Part shown: piece after piece, positions 54,758 through 64,000 of the stretch | Numbering within the stretch: the first letter of the stretch is position 1 | Layout: every line of letters begins with the position of its first letter | IMG/VR virus record: IMGVR_UViG_3300009152_000001 | Origin: an uncultured virus (IMG/VR IMGVR_UViG_3300009152_000001) | Taxonomy: Duplodnaviria; Heunggongvirae; Uroviricota; Caudoviricetes | DNA length: 64,000 bases | Direction: 5' to 3' (one strand) | Made by a program: the position numbers and the translations under genes | Notes under the pieces: generated by a model | Seen by the model: only the letters and a program-made list of their open reading frames with translations | Told to the model about the DNA's origin: nothing | Databases searched by the model: none

Positions 54758-56466
54758 TGGGTTATCGTAACGACAGTTTTTATAACCTAAAGGACGACGA
54801 TAAACTTTCAGGCCCCTACATGGGAGCCGACACCGCGTCGAACGCTCACTTCAACTACCCACCTAGGAACATCCGTTTCTTGGCTGCTGAGGAGCAACTA
54901 AAGGGGACTCCAAATCCAAACGACTACAAAATCCAACGTGGTTACATCCGTGGATTGCAGCAACCGGGTGTGACTGGTGGGGCATTTCAACCCCTCAAAT
55001 GCTCCTTCCAGTTCAACCCCCAGCAGATCACTCAAATTGTTTCAATGCGTGAAGACGTGTATCTGCCTATCATGCAAGACCCAATTCAGTTCACGCAGCC
55101 ATTTGGCGCTATGACTAACTTCAACTTTGATCTTTTATTTGATAGATCACGAGAAGTTGCAGCAGGTAACTACTTCACAGATACTGGAGGGTTGGCTGCC
55201 TACCTCAGGGATAACGGCTCTGTAGCAGGAGATCAATACACCGCGGCAGACCGTGACAACCTTAAGTACAAGTCCGACGTGCGGGACATCGGGGCCATGG
55301 CAGACCTCCAAGTTCTGTACTCAATCATTGGGCAAGGTTTCTCACAGGAGACACTCAAGTTTCAAGCGTCGCGTCTGAGGCAGGCTGGGGTAACCCAGAT
55401 CAACAAGGACGGTGGTGTAGACACCACTGATCCCAACGCAATAAACGCAGGCAACATAGACAGTAAGGTAGACGCCTACATAAACCCTACCAACATAGGT
55501 AACTCCGCCTTCTTAATTTCCAACCCTGTACGAGTTATATTCTCTTCTCTATTCATGGTAGATGGGTTTATCACCGGAACGAGTGTTGACTTTCTAAAGT
55601 TCAGTACGACAATGGTCCCACTGCAAATACGAGTGGGTCTTACTATGAACGCTATGTATATCGGTTTCGCCCGAGAGAAGACCTTCCTAACTGAGCAACT
55701 TGCTCAACAGGCTGCGCAACTCAAGGAACAGGCCGCTCAGGATGCTGCCGCTGGAGAGGAACTAAAGAAGGCGGCAGACGACATCTTGGACTCCTTTGGG
55801 TACGCACTTCGCAACGACGAAACTGGCTCAACCATAGAACAAACTGCTAACGGCTCCGAAGTGGGTCTGGGCGGGTTCTCCCCCATATATCAGTGGGCAT
55901 TTGAAAACGGAGGTAAAAAGGGTGATGATTGGGAAAGAGGTATGCAACTAGGGTACATTCCAAAGGATTCTACTGTACGGCCGGAGGCCTTCGCAGAGGA
56001 TCATACCTTCTCTTACAAGTGGTGGTTTACCGTATGGGGGCCTACAACACAGGCAGAAGCCAACAAAATAAGAACGGCAAAAGGTAGTGGATATAACAAT
56101 CTAATAGTAGGTAGTTATGCGGGTTCCAATACTTCAGCAAACGGATTTTCACGAAATGGGACCAGTGGTCATTGGGATAAATTTCTTACAGGTTATACGT
56201 CGTTGAGCAACGGGTCCGCTAAACGACTCAGACACAGTACAACTTCAACCGTTTATACAAACGCAACTACCGGTAAGTACTATGCAACTAAATTCTCTGT
56301 TGAAATAACTGTCACTACAAATAGTAATGGAAACGCAATTACGAAGACTGGTAATCAGGATGTTTGGAAAGTTTTAGCAGCCGAGGACAAGTCGTACTCT
56401 AAGTTTAAAATCAACTGGGGAACCACAGGAAACCGTGCTACCCTCGGACAGAACAATCTGACTTAG
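54757..56466 (+). CDS. Tail tube initiator/baseplate-associated protein
   Basis: CSFQFNPQ, FDLLFDRS, VDFLKFSTTMVP; position. Confidence 0.65.
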   Translation: MGYRNDSFYNLKDDDKLSGPYMGADTASNAHFNYPPRNIRFLAAEEQLKGTPNPNDYKIQRGYIRGLQQPGVTGGAFQPLKCSFQFNPQQITQIVSMREDVYLPIMQDPIQFTQPFGAMTNFNFDLLFDRSREVAAGNYFTDTGGLAAYLRDNGSVAGDQYTAADRDNLKYKSDVRDIGAMADLQVLYSIIGQGFSQETLKFQASRLRQAGVTQINKDGGVDTTDPNAINAGNIDSKVDAYINPTNIGNSAFLISNPVRVIFSSLFMVDGFITGTSVDFLKFSTTMVPLQIRVGLTMNAMYIGFAREKTFLTEQLAQQAAQLKEQAAQDAAAGEELKKAADDILDSFGYALRNDETGSTIEQTANGSEVGLGGFSPIYQWAFENGGKKGDDWERGMQLGYIPKDSTVRPEAFAEDHTFSYKWWFTVWGPTTQAEANKIRTAKGSGYNNLIVGSYAGSNTSANGFSRNGTSGHWDKFLTGYTSLSNGSAKRLRHSTTSTVYTNATTGKYYATKFSVEITVTTNSNGNAITKTGNQDVWKVLAAEDKSYSKFKINWGTTGNRATLGQNNLT

Positions 56467-56477
56467 GACGGTATTTC

Positions 56478-56720
56478 TTGGCTACTTACACCTCATCCTC
56501 AAGGTATGAACTAACTAACGGTGGGCAACTCGCTACTCCTAAGACGCAGGACTCAGTAAACTACTATCAATACATTTCTCGTGAGGGCGACACCTTTGAG
56601 CGGTTAGCGGCGCGCCTCTACAACAATGGAACCCGCTACTGGGAAATCGCCAAGATAAATCCTCAGGTGTACTTTCCGGGGTACATCCCTGTAGGGACAG
56701 TACTGCGAATACCACGATGA
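56478..56720 (+). CDS. LysM/tail X-like baseplate protein
   Basis: REGDTFERLA...YWEIAKINP...GTVLRIP. Confidence 0.85.
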   Translation: MATYTSSSRYELTNGGQLATPKTQDSVNYYQYISREGDTFERLAARLYNNGTRYWEIAKINPQVYFPGYIPVGTVLRIPR

Positions 56721-57880
56721 TCGCAAAGTCAAACAACCCCCTTTCTCCAGACATAGTTATAACCTTAAACGATGTAGAGGTTGACTACACTTCGATTGTT
56801 GGGTTTACCATGTCTCTAGACGAGAACATGCACGATATGTGTTCGATCACGATGCGGGGTATCCATCCGAAGGCTGTGACCGACTACATCGACGCTCCCG
56901 TGCGCGTATCCATCTCGTCAGGTACGGGCAGGTCTCAGGAGTTCTGTGGGTATGTCTCGTACGTGGAGACTACGTCGACCACCCGCGATGGTCTTGTCAA
57001 CAACAGCCCATTTCAGGTGGCCAACATCGTGTGCCTCGGAGCATCCATGCTTATGAAGGGCGACAAGAGCCGCGTGTGGGAGGACACCTCGCTCAGTCTG
57101 ATAGCGCAACGGTTGGCGCTGGACTACGGGTTCAGCCTTGACGTACAGATTTCGTCTTACACCTATCCAAGAATCGTACAAAAGGCGGAGTCTGACTGGG
57201 AGTTTCTTGTACGGGTGGCCCGCCTCTACGGCGCGCGTGTGGTCGTGCATGGTACTCACATGCGCATCTGGGACAAGTTCAAGGCTTTAGGGCGACGGCC
57301 CTCATTTGAGAGGCTTACAACCATACGTAACCAAATGGATGCTGTGCCGGGGTCGATCCTGAGTTTCGATGGGTCGTTTGGCTTTGTGTCTCCAGATGGG
57401 TACAGCGCCAACTTCCAAGTCGCTGCTCTGGATAAAAGTGGGGCGATAACGTCAATCTCGTCGGACGCTGCGGGGCTGTCGTCATGGACTGGTAAGCCCC
57501 ACCTCTCCAAGTTCACGAACTTCGTTCCCGGCACGTCGCAGAACGTGCAGGAGGCGATTAAAGCAGTTGAGGCAGAGGACAAGGAGACCTTTGCGTTCAA
57601 CGCCATCGTGGAAGTGACTGCTGGGGCGGGCATCGTGCCCGGAGGGGTTGTTGCTGTTGATGAGTACAACTCCAACTTTGACGGCTTGTGGTACGTCAAC
57701 TCTGTTGTTCACAAGATGGGGTCAAGCCTGTATACAACAGAACTAACCATTGGGCGTGACTTCAACACTACGAATTCGTATAAGATTCCCCCAGTGGAAC
57801 TGCACAAGGAACCCCCCTCTCCTGTGTTCAAGACAGGTGAGTGGAAGGCATCGTCAAAGCGGGTAACCAAGTATGTATGA
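56717..57880 (+). CDS. Baseplate hub (gpD/gp27-like)
   Basis: QKAESDWEFLVRVA, FDGLWYVNSVVH. Confidence 0.85.
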   Translation: MIAKSNNPLSPDIVITLNDVEVDYTSIVGFTMSLDENMHDMCSITMRGIHPKAVTDYIDAPVRVSISSGTGRSQEFCGYVSYVETTSTTRDGLVNNSPFQVANIVCLGASMLMKGDKSRVWEDTSLSLIAQRLALDYGFSLDVQISSYTYPRIVQKAESDWEFLVRVARLYGARVVVHGTHMRIWDKFKALGRRPSFERLTTIRNQMDAVPGSILSFDGSFGFVSPDGYSANFQVAALDKSGAITSISSDAAGLSSWTGKPHLSKFTNFVPGTSQNVQEAIKAVEAEDKETFAFNAIVEVTAGAGIVPGGVVAVDEYNSNFDGLWYVNSVVHKMGSSLYTTELTIGRDFNTTNSYKIPPVELHKEPPSPVFKTGEWKASSKRVTKYV

Positions 57881-59852
57881 GGGCATGAAGACATACAGAG
57901 CGTTGGTCACCTACTCGTCCGCAGCCACCGGGGACGTGCTGGTAAAGATTCCGTCCATCCTCGGTTCGGAGTCCATTCTTCCTATTTCATTTATAGGAAG
58001 AAGCAAGGCGGGTTCCGTGTGGAAAGTTCCCGAGATAGGACAGCAGGTACTCGTTGCGGTGGAGGACGACAGGTTCTCAAACGTATACATCGTAACCCCG
58101 GGTTACATTGAGAACTACTCGTCAGAGTTCAGTCAAACCAACGAACCTACTGGATTCGCTAACAAGAACTTGAGTGCGATCTCCTTTGATCATGCCAGTA
58201 AGACGTTCACTATAGAACCACTCACTACCTCTTTTGATGTGTGGTGCAAGGGTGTCAAATACACAAAGCGCGTGGCAGAATCTATTGCCATAACCGACAC
58301 CTCAGATGTGCACTACATCTACTATTTTGAAGGCGTACTATCCACCAAGACTACGTTCTTTGATTTGGAGAACGAAGCACCTGTCGCTTACATCTACTGG
58401 AACTACGTCGACCAAGTCGCGTACTTCTTTGCAGATGAACGCCATGGCATTGTCATGGACTGGGCCACTCACGAATACCTGCACCGAACCCGCGGTGCCG
58501 TCTTGGCAACCGGTTTGGGGCTGACCAACTACACCACCACCGGCACGGGGTCAGCAAGTACAGACGCTCAGATAGGTCTCACAAACGGCACCTTCTATGA
58601 TGAAGACCTCCCGATTGATGTCACCCACGCGGCGGTACCAGAGTTCTACACGTGGCAACAGCGGCTCCAGACGACCGCTTATCTGCCTGTCTTTTATAGG
58701 AGCGGAAGTGCTGCGCTATGGAAGAAGGACACCGCTACCGCCTACCCATTGAAGTTCGGCACCCGTGGGCAGTACAATCTCAACTCCGCTGGCACATGGT
58801 CAACGGTAGACGCCCCGAACAACAAGTTCATCATCTACTGGATAGTGGCCACCAATAACCTTAGTGACTCCGCTGGTAACAGCGGGCCTGTGTTGTCGAT
58901 CATGGGTCAAGCGGAATACAACAATATTGGTCAGGCAGAAGAAGTTCTCTGGAGCGACATGGATCTGACCGGACTGCCGATATTTGAGTTCAGAATCCTC
59001 TACAAACTCATCTTCAAGACCAACACCGGGTATACCAACGCCGTCAAGTCGAAGTTGGTTTCAGCCGTTGACCTGAGAGTCTCGACAACTTTGGCTTCGG
59101 GCATTCCGGCATCGCCGGTAGTAGACCACGGCTTCTTGACCGGCCTAGCCGACGACGACCACCCTCAGTACTCGTTGGTAACAGGTACGAGGGCCTTCAC
59201 GGGCACGGTCTATGCCCCCTCCCTCTCTGTTACCTCCGCGAGTGTAAGCGGCAACGCCTCGGCATCAGTGTTCGTAGGCTCGGGTGCCTCCCTGACAGCG
59301 CTGTCAGCCACCAACGTAACCACCGGCACACTGGATGCTGCCTGCCTCCCTGCTGCCGCATCCACAGTTACCTCAGTTGGCACACTCACAGGGCTAACCG
59401 TCAGTGGCACAACTAACTTGCAGAGCACCGTCCAGAAGAACGGTGTGGGCGCAAAGTTAGTGGTATTCGCTGGGCAAGCGGTGGCCTCAGCGTCTACTGG
59501 GGTGTCCACCACCTCTGACACCGCTCTCACGGGAGCCTCGGTGTCTCTCAGTTTGGTGTCCGGGGACATCGTCATGGTTACAGGCACCTTCGATATCACG
59601 TGCTCAACCGCTGCTGCTGGTTCCCCATTGTTCGGTTCTCTCTACGTGGGAGGAAGCGCCCAGACCACAGTTGCGGTAGTACAACCCCCCACAGGTGCGA
59701 CCAGCAGATTCCCTGTTACACAAACATGGGTGTACACCGCCGCATCGACAGGCTCAGTAACCTTCGACCTCCGGGCAAAAGTCAATGCTACTGGGTCGAC
59801 ATTCACGGTGTGGAACCAAGGGTCATCGTTAACATATTTAGTCTTAAGATGA
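57873..59852 (+). CDS. Baseplate spike OB-fold fused to fibre-like domains
   Basis: YRALV...VLVKIP...VPEIGQQVLVAVE; DHGFLTGLADDDHPQY; TSVGTLTGL. Confidence 0.7.
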   Translation: MYEGMKTYRALVTYSSAATGDVLVKIPSILGSESILPISFIGRSKAGSVWKVPEIGQQVLVAVEDDRFSNVYIVTPGYIENYSSEFSQTNEPTGFANKNLSAISFDHASKTFTIEPLTTSFDVWCKGVKYTKRVAESIAITDTSDVHYIYYFEGVLSTKTTFFDLENEAPVAYIYWNYVDQVAYFFADERHGIVMDWATHEYLHRTRGAVLATGLGLTNYTTTGTGSASTDAQIGLTNGTFYDEDLPIDVTHAAVPEFYTWQQRLQTTAYLPVFYRSGSAALWKKDTATAYPLKFGTRGQYNLNSAGTWSTVDAPNNKFIIYWIVATNNLSDSAGNSGPVLSIMGQAEYNNIGQAEEVLWSDMDLTGLPIFEFRILYKLIFKTNTGYTNAVKSKLVSAVDLRVSTTLASGIPASPVVDHGFLTGLADDDHPQYSLVTGTRAFTGTVYAPSLSVTSASVSGNASASVFVGSGASLTALSATNVTTGTLDAACLPAAASTVTSVGTLTGLTVSGTTNLQSTVQKNGVGAKLVVFAGQAVASASTGVSTTSDTALTGASVSLSLVSGDIVMVTGTFDITCSTAAAGSPLFGSLYVGGSAQTTVAVVQPPTGATSRFPVTQTWVYTAASTGSVTFDLRAKVNATGSTFTVWNQGSSLTYLVLR

Positions 59853-59888
59853 CCTACTGGTACAATAGTTGAGGCAAGGAGGAGTACG

Positions 59889-60299
59889 TTGAAGTCAATA
59901 AAGATTCCCTTCAAGTTTGAAGGTGGGCGGCTAATGACCACCACCTCCTTCGACACCATCGCTCAACAGAAGATCATCGACGTGCTACGAACAATCCCCT
60001 TCTCAAGGGTTATGCGCCACAACTACGGGGCAAACATAGAGAGTCTTTTATTTGAACCAATTGACGAACTAGTGTTTGCTGACTTCAAGGTAGAAGCATT
60101 GCAGACACTTAATGAGAGTATTTCACGTGTACAAGTACTTGATATGTACATGGTTAACTCGTCAGTGACTGACTACTTTACAGATGTAAACACCACGATG
60201 ACGGTAGCCGTAGTTTACCGGTTGCCTCTAGCAGCCCCACAGATAGTCAAGTTGAACCTTGCTATCCCCGGCGCTGTTAACGAAGACTCCCCGATCTGA
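59889..60299 (+). CDS. Baseplate wedge / sheath initiator (gp25/GPW-like)
   Basis: IKIPF, RVMRHNYGANIESLLFEP; AAGGAGG RBS; TTG start. Confidence 0.85.
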   Translation: MKSIKIPFKFEGGRLMTTTSFDTIAQQKIIDVLRTIPFSRVMRHNYGANIESLLFEPIDELVFADFKVEALQTLNESISRVQVLDMYMVNSSVTDYFTDVNTTMTVAVVYRLPLAAPQIVKLNLAIPGAVNEDSPI

Positions 60300-60307
60300 G
60301 GATTACC

Positions 60308-61765
60308 ATGGCCGAAAACCCCTCTTACGATTTCGCCAGTCGCGACTACGCCAACATCCGTCAAGACCTCATGTCCCGCGCTACCCGCGCTGTTCCTGAG
60401 TGGACTGACCGCGACCCTTCTGACTTTGCCACGGCCATGGTGGAACTGTGGGCCTACATGGGCGACATCTTTCACTTCTACATCGACCAAGCGGCGCAGG
60501 AAGCGTTCGTAAACACGGCAACCAAACGCGACAGCGTTATGGCCTTGGCAAACTTATTCGATTACACCCCTCGGTTTCGCTATCCCGCTGTCGGAACGGT
60601 TGACATACTTAACAACACCGACACCGATATAGCACTCCCCCAGTACACCAAGTTCTCCGGGTCATACAACGACACGTTCTACACCTTCTACTCAACGGCT
60701 TCCGCTTCTATTCCTGCCTACACGGCTATCTCTGTAGAGTTGTTAGAAGGGCAAGTTATTGAAAACGAGTTGTTGACTTCGTCATCAAATGGCTCCATTG
60801 GTCAAAGATACACACTGTCAGACACGGATGCCATCCCTGCCAGTGTCCGTGTGTTCGTAACCGACCAAGGCACAGCGGCGTCCACTGCGGCAGAGTGGGA
60901 GCAAGTGGAGCACGTCAACACGGTGACGGTTAACCGTGCAGCCTTCTCCGTGTATCCCAGTTCTACTGGTGAGATTGAGGTGGCGTTCGGTAACCGACTG
61001 AGTGGCCGCATTCCCCCATCAGGCTCCACTATCACCTCCACGTATTCCACTTGCTCGGGAGCCGCTGGTAACGTCCCTGAGAACACCGTGACTTCCTTCT
61101 ATTCCAACGCTCCGCTGGGGTTGGCTATTGCGCACTCATCCTCGTTCACGGGTGGCTCTGACGCAGAATCAGTGGACTCCATCAAGAAGTCACTGAAGGC
61201 CACCATCCGGACTCAGGACAGAATTGTCACTCTTCAGGATTTCAAGGATTACGCCTTGCTGGTAACGGGTGTGTACAAGTCGGTCGCTTCATACACGAGC
61301 GGCTCAGTGACGATCTACCCGTTTCCTTACATCGACACTTACACTTCCTACGCTTCCGCGTCGGCTTCAGTTTCGGCTGCCGTGAAGGCTGAGATACTGT
61401 CGACCATCCAGCCCAAGGCTCTCCTTGGTGTAACCGTTACAGTCGCCCCCTCCGTGACCATCCACCGGGCGGTGCTGAGTATCAACCTGTATGTCAATGG
61501 GAAGTATCGAAACTCCTTGGTGCAGAAGGCTGTGGAGAACGCTCTGGATGGTTTGTTTGAACTGTCTAATCTTGACTTTGGCAAGGACATAAAGGCAGCA
61601 GAGATTTATAGAACCTGCATGTTGGTTGAGGGTGTTGACTACATCGTCTTGAACTCTTTGAACATCTACTCAGGAACTTCAGGAACCACTGCTGCTTCGG
61701 TAGGCCCTACGAACTTCATACGTAAGGGTTCGTACACCATAGTGACCTCCGGTGGAATGGTCTAA
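60308..61765 (+). CDS. Baseplate J-like wedge protein
   Basis: DFASRDY, PEWTDRDPSD, FGNRLSGRIP, GGSDAES, RIVTLQDF. Confidence 0.9.
   Translation: MAENPSYDFASRDYANIRQDLMSRATRAVPEWTDRDPSDFATAMVELWAYMGDIFHFYIDQAAQEAFVNTATKRDSVMALANLFDYTPRFRYPAVGTVDILNNTDTDIALPQYTKFSGSYNDTFYTFYSTASASIPAYTAISVELLEGQVIENELLTSSSNGSIGQRYTLSDTDAIPASVRVFVTDQGTAASTAAEWEQVEHVNTVTVNRAAFSVYPSSTGEIEVAFGNRLSGRIPPSGSTITSTYSTCSGAAGNVPENTVTSFYSNAPLGLAIAHSSSFTGGSDAESVDSIKKSLKATIRTQDRIVTLQDFKDYALLVTGVYKSVASYTSGSVTIYPFPYIDTYTSYASASASVSAAVKAEILSTIQPKALLGVTVTVAPSVTIHRAVLSINLYVNGKYRNSLVQKAVENALDGLFELSNLDFGKDIKAAEIYRTCMLVEGVDYIVLNSLNIYSGTSGTTAASVGPTNFIRKGSYTIVTSGGMV
61429..61441. promoter_or_regulatory. Palindromic site TGTAACNGTTACA (perfect; only one seen in the structural arm)
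   Basis: TGTAACCGTTACA in the baseplate J gene, encoding VTVT. Confidence 0.4.
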
Positions 61766-61773
61766 CAGACTCC

Positions 61774-63507
61774 ATGGCTCGGGTATCTTTCACCTTACGT
61801 AAGGATGGGTTAACTCTCCCCGGCTCGTACCTCCAGTACAACTCGTCACTGGGGGCGCGCACCGACGACGACAACGCTCTGAGATCAGACGGCTTCCAAA
61901 TCCCGCCCCTCCTTACTAACGTCGTCGTTGGTGGTAACCAATACGCAGCGGCGGCTTACTTCTCGGTAGACGCTGTTGACTATGGGGTCACCTACATAAC
62001 GTGGGGCGTGCCCCTTACTGCCGCCTCCGCTGTCGGGGTCACCCCAGTAGCAACCGAAGTCGTGATCGTGTACTCACCAGACGGTGAACCAGACACCATC
62101 GACGGGGGCGCAACCCTCGTGGAGACCACTACATCTTCCGAGTACTACCACAACCCTACCAGCGGTAAGTGGGCGTACTACACGCTATTCTTGAAGTACC
62201 AAGGCTCCTCGGGTGATCTTTACTACGAACCAGCGGCCAAGTTGTCAGTCCTCGTTCCCACAAACTATGGCTCAACTGACGTTCTCTACAACCACATCCC
62301 TCAGATGTACCGAGAGTACGACGTGGCCACCGACACAGGCACGGGTGGTCACCTCTATCGTTACCTGTCCATCTTTGGTTGGGACGCAGACAGGCTTCGG
62401 ACCATCATCGAATACTTCATAGGTTGCCGTGATCCTCGGGTAGCAAGGACAGAAGAACTAGATCACATCGCAGACGAAATTGGTGTGCCTCTGTCCAGTG
62501 TGGAACTGGGTACGTCTCGCCTACGCGCCTTCATGGACGAGATCGGTATTATTCGCAGGGCATCAGGTATAGAAACAAACCTCGCCAACGCTCTGACAGC
62601 CCTCACTGGTTCTGAAGTTATTGTGGATGCGGCTACCCGCAACATCTACATAAAACCAAACCGTGTAAACCTATTCCGCGATCCGCTACTCACTAACCCA
62701 GCACAGTCATCTCTTGACGGCGGATTCCCTACCACGACGGTCTTCTCAACAACGATTGACGGCGGTCTCCACAACACACGGTCTGTGCCCGCATCGGTGA
62801 ACCCAGCGACTGACGGCGGGTCACCATCCTCGGTGTACGCATTCACCACCGGATACTGGTGGTTCTACCCAGACCCCACTCAGGCAAACACTACGATCTT
62901 TGAGACCACCGGCACTTACCTAGCGATAGGTGCGGGTCGTATCTTCTACTTCTCAGTAGATGTTACAGGTCAAGATGTAATAAAGAAACTTAAACTGTAT
63001 TACAAGGCAGGTGGTGTTGAGGTAGAGGCAGCGTCCACTACCACTGCGACTGTAGTGGGAGGGCGCAAGTACTGGAAACTTGTTATCCCTGACACCTACA
63101 CAGGCGACCCAGATGTCTACCTACGCGCTGAGTACACGACGACCTCCGCAGAACCAACCGCACTGTTCAAAAACATCCTTCTGGAAGAGAACAACATCGG
63201 CCCCTTCTTCTACGGCGGAACTACCCGTGGTGGATGGGTGCACGGAGACATCGGGGGTTCCACCGGCAGTGTCTCTGACTACCGGTGGTACGACCCCGTG
63301 ATCCCGCCTGCCTCCCCGCTTGCGAACAACGCTTTCTCTGTCTACAGCAGTAACTACCAGAAGACCAAGTCGGTGGTTGACCGCCTACTTCCGACGTTAC
63401 TGCCGGTCACCGAGTTGGTCACCTCTGGCACGGTATACAGCAACCAGCCCTTCCTTGTAACCAAGTGGACGGTCACTTACAACTATGTGCCGGGGTATGG
63501 GTCCTGA
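61774..63507 (+). CDS. Baseplate wedge protein (P2 gpI-like core)
   Basis: LYNHIPQMY, LYRYLSIFG, LDHIADEIG, ALTG. Confidence 0.7.
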   Translation: MARVSFTLRKDGLTLPGSYLQYNSSLGARTDDDNALRSDGFQIPPLLTNVVVGGNQYAAAAYFSVDAVDYGVTYITWGVPLTAASAVGVTPVATEVVIVYSPDGEPDTIDGGATLVETTTSSEYYHNPTSGKWAYYTLFLKYQGSSGDLYYEPAAKLSVLVPTNYGSTDVLYNHIPQMYREYDVATDTGTGGHLYRYLSIFGWDADRLRTIIEYFIGCRDPRVARTEELDHIADEIGVPLSSVELGTSRLRAFMDEIGIIRRASGIETNLANALTALTGSEVIVDAATRNIYIKPNRVNLFRDPLLTNPAQSSLDGGFPTTTVFSTTIDGGLHNTRSVPASVNPATDGGSPSSVYAFTTGYWWFYPDPTQANTTIFETTGTYLAIGAGRIFYFSVDVTGQDVIKKLKLYYKAGGVEVEAASTTTATVVGGRKYWKLVIPDTYTGDPDVYLRAEYTTTSAEPTALFKNILLEENNIGPFFYGGTTRGGWVHGDIGGSTGSVSDYRWYDPVIPPASPLANNAFSVYSSNYQKTKSVVDRLLPTLLPVTELVTSGTVYSNQPFLVTKWTVTYNYVPGYGS

Positions 63508-63519
63508 TAACATAACGCC

Positions 63520-63771
63520 ATGACGCTCCTTCTCTGCGCGCTGGCTGTGTATAAGGTTGTGCAAATCCTTGACGCCCTCACACCCAAGGAGGCGATGCCA
63601 TGGGTGAAAGTCATCGTGAGCACTCTCATATCCTTTGGGGCCGCTGCTCTGATGGGCACAGGGAACTTGATCATCTACGGGTTTGCAGTTGCAACAGTCG
63701 CCGGTAGCGTGCATACTGTTCTTCGGCTGGTCACCTTGATGGGCGACCGGAACCGCAGACCCAACCGTTAA
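63520..63771 (+). CDS. Small membrane protein
   Basis: Two to three hydrophobic segments. Confidence 0.6.
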   Translation: MTLLLCALAVYKVVQILDALTPKEAMPWVKVIVSTLISFGAAALMGTGNLIIYGFAVATVAGSVHTVLRLVTLMGDRNRRPNR

Positions 63772-63785
63772 CCACAAGGAGAACC

Positions 63786-64000
63786 ATGTACGGTGTATTG
63801 GGACGGGGCGCAGCGCCCCAGTCTGTCATTGAAGCGTCACTCAACGACATCGGGATAACAGGAGACTTCGTACTCCCGTGGTACGGCTCAGTGGGGCGCG
63901 GCCTTGAAGTCGTCTACGACTGGATTCTTGACAACGAAGTCAAGTTCACGCTGGTGGCAGCATCCGGTGTGAAGCAGGCCCCTCGCGCTCTGCGCGACGC
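63786..64000 (+). CDS. Hypothetical protein (truncated by window end)
   Basis: AAGGAG RBS; MYGVLGRGAAP... open to the end. Confidence 0.6.
   Translation, partial: MYGVLGRGAAPQSVIEASLNDIGITGDFVLPWYGSVGRGLEVVYDWILDNEVKFTLVAASGVKQAPRALRD

Noticed and set aside
48802..63507. Stand-alone contractile injection system (eCIS/tailocin)
   Set aside because: Terminase, portal, scaffold and capsid are present, so this is a complete phage morphogenesis region.
1..64000. tRNA genes, introns/inteins, stop-codon reassignment, integrase/attP, host flanks
   Set aside because: None were recognised by eye. Core genes are intact under the standard code with normal lengths. tRNAscan-SE/Infernal would be needed to exclude small RNAs formally.

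Overview
This is a 64 kb segment of a large tailed dsDNA phage with a contractile tail (myovirus). The host is probably an actinobacterium; this is inferred from the GC-rich codons, TANNNT promoters, DUF6011/AlpA-type small genes, and a gene order like the large mycobacterial/Rhodococcus myoviruses. Bases 1-14.6 kb are a leftward arm of mostly small early-type genes: SNF2 helicase, a MoxR AAA+/vWA-metallopeptidase pair, a secreted transglycosylase, a P-loop kinase and three HTH proteins. This arm is dotted with a 13-bp palindrome, TGTAACNGTTACA, and ends in a repeat-rich control region with three TGTGA-N6-TCACA sites. From 14.9 kb rightward come a cassette of small orphan/ADP-ribosyltransferase-like genes sharing a short N-terminal motif, a methyltransferase and glycosyltransferase-like pair, holin-like genes, a tailspike, an inverted block of fibre-like genes, and an endolysin. 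These are followed by terminase, metallophosphoesterase, portal, scaffold, major capsid, fibres, neck, sheath, tube, tape measure (with M15 peptidase and transglycosylase domains) and baseplate. No tRNA, CRISPR array, integrase or reverse transcriptase was seen. All calls come from reading motifs by eye; no database search was run.
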